The position numbers and the translations under genes are program-made. A DNA stretch of 40,736 nucleotides, from UHGV virus genome UHGV-2023338; one strand, written 5' to 3'. This document shows positions 35,410 through 40,736 of this stretch, in pieces; within the stretch, counting starts at the first letter, position 1; every line of letters starts with the position of its first letter. The notes beneath the pieces are model-generated. The model saw only the letters and a list, made by a program, of their open reading frames with translations. It made no database searches and had not been told where the DNA came from. Source of the stretch: a virus.

Positions 35410-35715
35410 GTGGGTATGAACGTTAATCAGCAGAAAAATCTTCAAAAAATCATGCTGGCATTCGACAAGGACTACCGTCTGTCAGAACAGCTATATGACC
35501 GACAAGTTGAACTGATTGAGAGTATCCGGCTTCATCAACTGGCATCAACTTTCGACGTTGTAACAGTTAAAGGCGTTCGCCAGGAAGTACTGGAGGCCGC
35601 TAAAGACAGCCCTGAGTTCGAAGAACTAATGGATGCCTACCGGCGCGAGGCAATGGCAATTATCGCCCGCTGGGATCTGGCTGATCAGCTTGATGGGCAG
35701 AGGGACGCGGCATGA
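35410..35715 (+). CDS. Hypothetical protein
   Basis: 101-aa ORF, 1-nt gap after previous gene and 4-nt overlap with next. Confidence 0.45.
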   Translation: MGMNVNQQKNLQKIMLAFDKDYRLSEQLYDRQVELIESIRLHQLASTFDVVTVKGVRQEVLEAAKDSPEFEELMDAYRREAMAIIARWDLADQLDGQRDAA

Positions 35716-36533
35716 AACCGGGAATTTATTTCGACATCAGCAACGAAGACTACCACGCCGGTGACGGCGTGAGTAAGTCGCAACTGGACATGGTTGCCAA
35801 GAATCCGGCGCTTCTTAAATGGGTTCAGGCAGCACCAGAAGACGAAGAGAAAAAGTCTGCACTGGATATGGGAACCGCATTGCACTGTCTGCTTCTGGAG
35901 CCTGGAGAGTTCGACAAACGCTTCATTGTTTCACAGAAATTCGATCGTCGGACGAAACAAGGTAAAGCTGACGAAGAGGAATTTCTTCGTGATGTGGCGG
36001 ATATGGGGATTACGGTACTTGATGCCGAGCAGTGGCGGAAACTGGAGCTGATGCGTGATAGCGCAATGGCTCACCCGGCGGCACGCTGGATGCTGGAAGC
36101 ACCTGGTTACTGCGAAGCATCAATGTACTGGAACGATGAAGAGACGGGGGAGTTGTGCCGAATTCGTCCAGACAAATGGCTGAACGAGCACAACGTGATC
36201 GTCGACGTGAAAAAGGTTGCAGATATGGACCGTTTTGCACGCCACATCGAGGAATTCCGCTACCACGTGCAGGACGCAATGTACCGCGAAGGCGCAATGA
36301 GGGTTACTGGTCAGCCGCATGGTTTTTTCTTTCTTGCCGTGAGCGAAAGCATTGATTGTGGTCGGTATCCGGTACGCGTGTTCGAGCTGGATGCGCAGGA
36401 TGTCGATGCCGGGCACGCTCTGTTCCGCCGGGATCTGAATACCTATCACGAATGCCGCATCAATGATGAATGGGGCGGTGTGGAAATCATTAAACGCCCT
36501 GAGTGGGCACGCAAACAGGATATGTACATATGA
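35712..36533 (+). CDS. PD-(D/E)XK-family exonuclease (exonuclease VIII/RecE C-terminal-like)
   Basis: 273 aa; candidate active-site block VIVDVKKV; translationally coupled (ATGA) to downstream annealing-protein gene. Confidence 0.6.
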   Translation: MKPGIYFDISNEDYHAGDGVSKSQLDMVAKNPALLKWVQAAPEDEEKKSALDMGTALHCLLLEPGEFDKRFIVSQKFDRRTKQGKADEEEFLRDVADMGITVLDAEQWRKLELMRDSAMAHPAARWMLEAPGYCEASMYWNDEETGELCRIRPDKWLNEHNVIVDVKKVADMDRFARHIEEFRYHVQDAMYREGAMRVTGQPHGFFFLAVSESIDCGRYPVRVFELDAQDVDAGHALFRRDLNTYHECRINDEWGGVEIIKRPEWARKQDMYI

Positions 36534-37471
36534 GCAACGACATCGCAAACATCAACGCACCAGTAGACACAGCAATCGCTGGAACTGCTGCAACTATTTT
36601 CAGCCCAGACGGCTTGAACCAACTGATGAAATTCGCCGAGGTAATGGCGCAAAGCCGCGTAACGGTACCGGCGCACCTCGCCGGGAAACCAGCTGATTGC
36701 ATGGCCGTGGCAATGCAGGCTGCGCAGTGGGGAATGAACCCGTTTGCCGTGGCTCAGAAAACCCATGTTGTGAACGGCACGCTAGGTTATGAAGCCCAAT
36801 TAGTAAACGCAGTTATCTCAACGATGTCGCCAACAAAAGATCGCATCAACTACGAGTGGTTTGGGCCGTGGGAACGCGTGATCGGTAAGTTTGTTGAGAA
36901 AACATCCAAAAACGGCAATCCATATATCGCACCAGGCTGGACTCTAAAAGACGAAGAAGGCTGCGGTGTTCGCGTATGGGCAACCATGAAGGGCGAGGAT
37001 CAACCTCGAGTGCTTGAGTTAATGCTGTCTCAAGCACAGGTAAGAAACTCCACACTTTGGGCCAGTGATCCGAAACAACAACTCGCATACCTTGCGACAA
37101 AACGCTGGTCTCGCCTGCACTGTCCTGACGTAATCATGGGCGTCTACACCCCAGACGAATTACAGGAAACGGCACCGCGCGTTGAGCGAGACATTACTCC
37201 GCAAACGACAACTGCTGCGGGAATGAACAGTCTGATCAACGCTAAAACAGTGAAAAAGCCTGATGAGCAAACGCGTAAAGCGGATAGCCGTGATCCAGAA
37301 GAAATGCTGATGGCCTTTACCAGCGCAGCGATGAATTACAGCACTGTCTCCGAACTGGATAAGGCTTACAAATACATTGCACAAAAACTTTCAGATGATG
37401 ACGAACTGCTGGCAAAAGCCACCGACGTTTACAGCGTTCGTCGGGAAGAATTAAACGAAACATCTATGTAA
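36530..37471 (+). CDS. ssDNA-annealing protein, RecT-like
   Basis: Start trimmed to Met overlapping exonuclease stop; 313 aa; pairing with exonuclease typical of RecET-type modules. Confidence 0.5.
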   Translation: MSNDIANINAPVDTAIAGTAATIFSPDGLNQLMKFAEVMAQSRVTVPAHLAGKPADCMAVAMQAAQWGMNPFAVAQKTHVVNGTLGYEAQLVNAVISTMSPTKDRINYEWFGPWERVIGKFVEKTSKNGNPYIAPGWTLKDEEGCGVRVWATMKGEDQPRVLELMLSQAQVRNSTLWASDPKQQLAYLATKRWSRLHCPDVIMGVYTPDELQETAPRVERDITPQTTTAAGMNSLINAKTVKKPDEQTRKADSRDPEEMLMAFTSAAMNYSTVSELDKAYKYIAQKLSDDDELLAKATDVYSVRREELNETSM

Positions 37472-37520
37472 CCACCACCGCGGCGCCACGCGCGCCGCAC
37501 TGCAACCAAGAGAGGTATTT

Positions 37521-37769
37521 ATGAAAGGTGCATTAGGTAAGAAGGAACTCCTGGCGGTGGTGCCACTGTCATGGAGCACTATCGACCGTATGGAGCGCGC
37601 AGGTGAATTTCCTAAACGCTGGTATATCACTGACAAACGCTGCGCATGGAACCGTGACGAAGTTGAGCGTTGGCTTGATGAACGTCAGGCAGCAAGCCCG
37701 GCAGAGTTCCAGGGTAAAAAGCCTCCTGTTCAGCAACGTGTATATCGTCCTGTGAGCAACGCTGCATGA
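37521..37769 (+). CDS. AlpA-family HTH regulator / excisionase candidate
   Basis: 82 aa; LLAVVPLSWSTIDRMERAGEFPKRWYITDKRCAWNRDEVERWL resembles AlpA/Xis-type motif. Confidence 0.6.
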   Translation: MKGALGKKELLAVVPLSWSTIDRMERAGEFPKRWYITDKRCAWNRDEVERWLDERQAASPAEFQGKKPPVQQRVYRPVSNAA

Positions 37770-37878
37770 GTGCGCTGCTAAGGCACTGGAGCAAATGGTC
37801 AGGATGGTACTTATTCCTGGCCTCTGTTTCAGCATGGCTTTATCTGCTGGCATTAATTTTCAGAGAGGGTTGGATTAA

Positions 37879-38178
37879 GTGAGAAAGTTAAGCCGACTTG
37901 AAAAATATCACATGAACAAGGTTTCAATGCGCAGCCCTTCAAAGATTGTCGCCGTTACTCCTGCGGCGATAGAGATCGAAAAACGCGCGATTGAAAGAGA
38001 GAAAAAAGGGCAATTCCGCATTGCCGCTCACCTTTGGCTTCAGTGTATGGATGTTGCTTCTGGTGATGTTGAACGTGCAAGGATCGCGGTTCGCAGGGAC
38101 CAATGTATCACAAAAGGTAACGGCCTTCGCCGTGGCGACTATAGCGGCATAGGATGTTGTGGGGTGGTTTATGACTAA
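37879..38178 (+). CDS. Hypothetical small protein (ANR-family-like regulator candidate)
   Basis: GTG start at 37879 or ATG at 37912; segment EKKGQFRIAAHLWLQCMDVA resembles small prophage regulators; weak. Confidence 0.35.
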   Translation: MRKLSRLEKYHMNKVSMRSPSKIVAVTPAAIEIEKRAIEREKKGQFRIAAHLWLQCMDVASGDVERARIAVRRDQCITKGNGLRRGDYSGIGCCGVVYD

Positions 38179-38821
38179 GAAATACACACTAATCTATGCA
38201 GATCCACCCTGGGTATACCGGGACAAAGCCGCAGATGGTAATCGCGGTGCCAGTTTTAAATATCCGGTTATGAGTGTGATGGATATCTGCCGCCTTCCTG
38301 TGTGGGATTTGGCCGATGAAAACTGTCTGTTGGCCATGTGGTGGGTGCCAACACAACCACTCGAAGCGCTAAAAGTTGTTGAAGCCTGGGGATTCCGTCT
38401 GATGACCATGAAGGGCTTCACGTGGATAAAATGTGGTAGTCGACAACCAGATAAACTGGTTATGGGTATGGGGCACATGACTCGCGCCAATAGTGAAGAT
38501 TGCCTGTTTGCGGTAAAGGGAAAGCTACCTACGCGCATTAATGCAGGGATCGTTCAGTCATTTACCGCACCGCGGCTTGAGCATTCAAGAAAACCAGATA
38601 TCGTTCGTGAAAAACTTGTGCAATTGTTAGGCGATGTTTCTCGCATTGAACTGTTCGCCCGCCAGACGTCTCATGGCTTCGATGTTTGGGGTAATCAGTG
38701 CGAAGACCCGGCAGTGCAACTACACCCTGGATACGCGTTGGATATTGGCGGATTAACAAATGCATTCAGCAATGCTCCGGTGTCACCAATAGACAACCAG
38801 GGGCGGGAGCGTGCAGCATGA
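38171..38821 (+). CDS. DNA N6-adenine methyltransferase, MT-A70 family
   Basis: 216 aa from ATG; N-terminal LIYADPPW catalytic motif; no adjacent restriction enzyme gene, so orphan methylase. Confidence 0.8.
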   Translation: MTKKYTLIYADPPWVYRDKAADGNRGASFKYPVMSVMDICRLPVWDLADENCLLAMWWVPTQPLEALKVVEAWGFRLMTMKGFTWIKCGSRQPDKLVMGMGHMTRANSEDCLFAVKGKLPTRINAGIVQSFTAPRLEHSRKPDIVREKLVQLLGDVSRIELFARQTSHGFDVWGNQCEDPAVQLHPGYALDIGGLTNAFSNAPVSPIDNQGRERAA

Positions 38822-39477
38822 ACCTATATCAACGCATCAATGGCGCTGACTGGTGCAATATCTTCGTCGTCGGCGATCTGCATGGGTGCTACACGCTGCT
38901 GATGAACGAACTCGACAAAGTTTCATTCGACCCGGCGCGCGATTTACTTATTTCCGTTGGTGACCTTGTTGACCGCGGCGCTGAAAACGTCGAATGCCTG
39001 GATTTGATTACTATGCCGTGGTTCCGAGCTGTTCGTGGCAACCATGAGCAGATGATGCTGGATGCACTGGTCAACGGCGGAAGTTTCGGACATTGGATGT
39101 CAAACGGCGGTGGATGGTGGCACCAACTTGATTCTGAGCAGGATGTGCAACTCAAATACCTTCTGCCAAAGATTACCAACCTCCCGATGATTATCGAACT
39201 GGTTACCGGCAATAAGAAGGTCGTCATCTGTCACGCAGACTACCCGCACAACGAATACGCATTCGATAAGCAAGTACCAGAAGAAATGGTGATATGGAAT
39301 CGTGAGCGGGTTAGCGACGCGCAGGACGGTATTGTCTCGGAGATAACCGGTGCCGATTTGTTCATCTTCGGTCATACGCCAGCACATCACCCACTGGTGT
39401 ATGCAAACCAGATGTACATCGACACCGGCGCAGTGTTCTGCGGAAATCTGACGCTTACCAAAGTCCAGGAAGGATAG
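38818..39477 (+). CDS. Serine/threonine protein phosphatase, lambda PP (orf221)-like
   Basis: 219 aa; metallophosphatase motifs GDLHGC, GDLVDRG, GNHE; near-collinear with lambda phosphatase; ATGA overlap with methylase. Confidence 0.9.
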   Translation: MNLYQRINGADWCNIFVVGDLHGCYTLLMNELDKVSFDPARDLLISVGDLVDRGAENVECLDLITMPWFRAVRGNHEQMMLDALVNGGSFGHWMSNGGGWWHQLDSEQDVQLKYLLPKITNLPMIIELVTGNKKVVICHADYPHNEYAFDKQVPEEMVIWNRERVSDAQDGIVSEITGADLFIFGHTPAHHPLVYANQMYIDTGAVFCGNLTLTKVQEG

Positions 39478-39479
39478 AA

Positions 39480-40736
39480 TTATTTATTACTGTCTTCCAT
39501 CCACCTCTCAAACTTCGACGGGGAGAACGGAATCAGATCCGTATGCTCCCCGTTAATCCAGGAATCAATCATATCGGCCCACTGCTGCAACATGTAGGCG
39601 CGCTGTCTGGCGTATTCCGCTTTGTTATATACGGCGCGCACACCTTTCTGCTCATGTGCCAGAGCCTTTTCAATCCAGTCTGAAGGATAACCAGCCTCAT
39701 GCAACAACGTACTTGCTGTACGGCGCATATCGTGTACGGTGAAGTCCTGAATATGCTCACCATCTTCATTTATTATTTTCACCGTTCTGTCGATCAGAGA
39801 GTTCAGCGCGGCATTAGATAATGGCTTCCGGAAATTGTAACGACCAGGAACCAGATATTCACTTCCACCAGCGCACATCTGCAACCCAACCAATATATCC
39901 TGTGCCTGTTTAGGCAGGTAAATAACGTGCGCCCGGCTTCCCTTCATGCGGTCTGGAGGAATTGTCCATGTCCATTTTTTAAAATCTATTTCATCCCACG
40001 TTGCATTGGTGAATTCGCCCTTACGAACCATAGTGATAAGCACCAGTTTTAAAGCCATTTTCATAGTGCCCATAGCACCAATGGCATCCAGCGTGCGGAA
40101 GAACAGGCCAATTTCTTCTGGTGTCAGTGTTCGCTCTCGTGGTTTAAATATGGCGATAGACGAAGGTTTAATGTCAGCCGCAGGATTAAACAAACCATGA
40201 CCACGGTCATTGGCGTGACGGTATACGCTACTGATGATCTCCCTGGCCTGCACTGCTGTTGCCCGGCCACCGCGTTCGACAATCCGGTCACACAAATCAC
40301 GAACCATCGATGTGGTAATTTCAGCCATCATTTTATTGCCAAGAACCGGAAGTATGTCACGGTCGATCACCGCCTGTTTCATTGCGCGGGTACTGTCAGC
40401 CAGGATGACGTGTTTCATATAACTGTCGGTATGTACCGCAAACGTCTCGGCACCACGAATCTTTTTGATACCGTCACGTTTAGCCGCAGCCGGTGACTGG
40501 CCTGCTTTAAGCAGCTTCTTTGCAGCAATCAGTTCTTCTCGCGCTTCTGCCAGGCTGATACCGTCACGCCCATACTGCCCGATTACCAGTGTTTCGCGGC
40601 GACCGTTGATACGGTAGTCATAGCGAAACGAGACCGTGCCTGACGTAAGCACAGCTACATACAGCCCGTCACGATCGGAGACCTTGTACAGTTTGTCCTG
40701 CGGCTTGAGGCTTTTTAATTTTGTATCGGTAAGCAC
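39480..40736 (-). CDS. int: Tyrosine integrase, P4-type; N-terminus at window edge
   Basis: 418 aa; N-terminal MLTDTKLKSLKP...YRINGRRETLVIGQY arm-binding-type region and C-terminal catalytic region with HxxR/Y-type residues; start codon is the last 3 nt of the window so completeness cannot be confirmed. Confidence 0.8.
   Translation of the reverse strand: MLTDTKLKSLKPQDKLYKVSDRDGLYVAVLTSGTVSFRYDYRINGRRETLVIGQYGRDGISLAEAREELIAAKKLLKAGQSPAAAKRDGIKKIRGAETFAVHTDSYMKHVILADSTRAMKQAVIDRDILPVLGNKMMAEITTSMVRDLCDRIVERGGRATAVQAREIISSVYRHANDRGHGLFNPAADIKPSSIAIFKPRERTLTPEEIGLFFRTLDAIGAMGTMKMALKLVLITMVRKGEFTNATWDEIDFKKWTWTIPPDRMKGSRAHVIYLPKQAQDILVGLQMCAGGSEYLVPGRYNFRKPLSNAALNSLIDRTVKIINEDGEHIQDFTVHDMRRTASTLLHEAGYPSDWIEKALAHEQKGVRAVYNKAEYARQRAYMLQQWADMIDSWINGEHTDLIPFSPSKFERWMEDSNK

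Noticed and set aside
37472-37520. GC-rich hairpin GCGGCGC-cac-GCGCGCCGC as terminator between RecT-like and AlpA-like genes
   Set aside because: No following U-run; more likely a stabilising stem or chance GC palindrome

Overview
This window is almost entirely one temperate-phage genome (about 1.2 kb to the right edge), read from sequence and the ORF track alone; no database search was possible. Left flank (1-1144) holds two plus-strand secreted/lipoprotein genes and a terminator, probably host. The prophage combines a T7-type podovirus structural module on the minus strand (terS, terL, portal, scaffold, major capsid, adaptor/nozzle-like proteins, large internal virion proteins, 914-aa tail fibre with an SGNH esterase motif, then holin/GH19 endolysin/Rz-Rz1) with a lambdoid early region: divergent Cro-like/CI-like immunity region at 33324-33477, O-like initiator with internal iterons, lambda P-like helicase loader, a nin-like accessory block, and a plus-strand early-left operon (PD-(D/E)XK exonuclease, RecT-like, AlpA-like, MT-A70 methylase, lambda-type Ser/Thr phosphatase) ending at a convergent P4-type integrase at the window edge. 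A 2-kb plus-strand island between terL and portal carries tRNA-Arg(UCU) and two accessory genes. Most notable non-coding signals: a near-consensus LexA box in front of a small opposite-strand ORF (candidate SOS-controlled antirepressor, given that the CI-like repressor shows no autopeptidase domain); a 15-bp palindrome TTACC-N5-GGTAA at nine or more promoter-proximal sites; and a 13-14 bp palindrome GTGACATGTCACA at three module junctions. att sites are not identifiable within the window.
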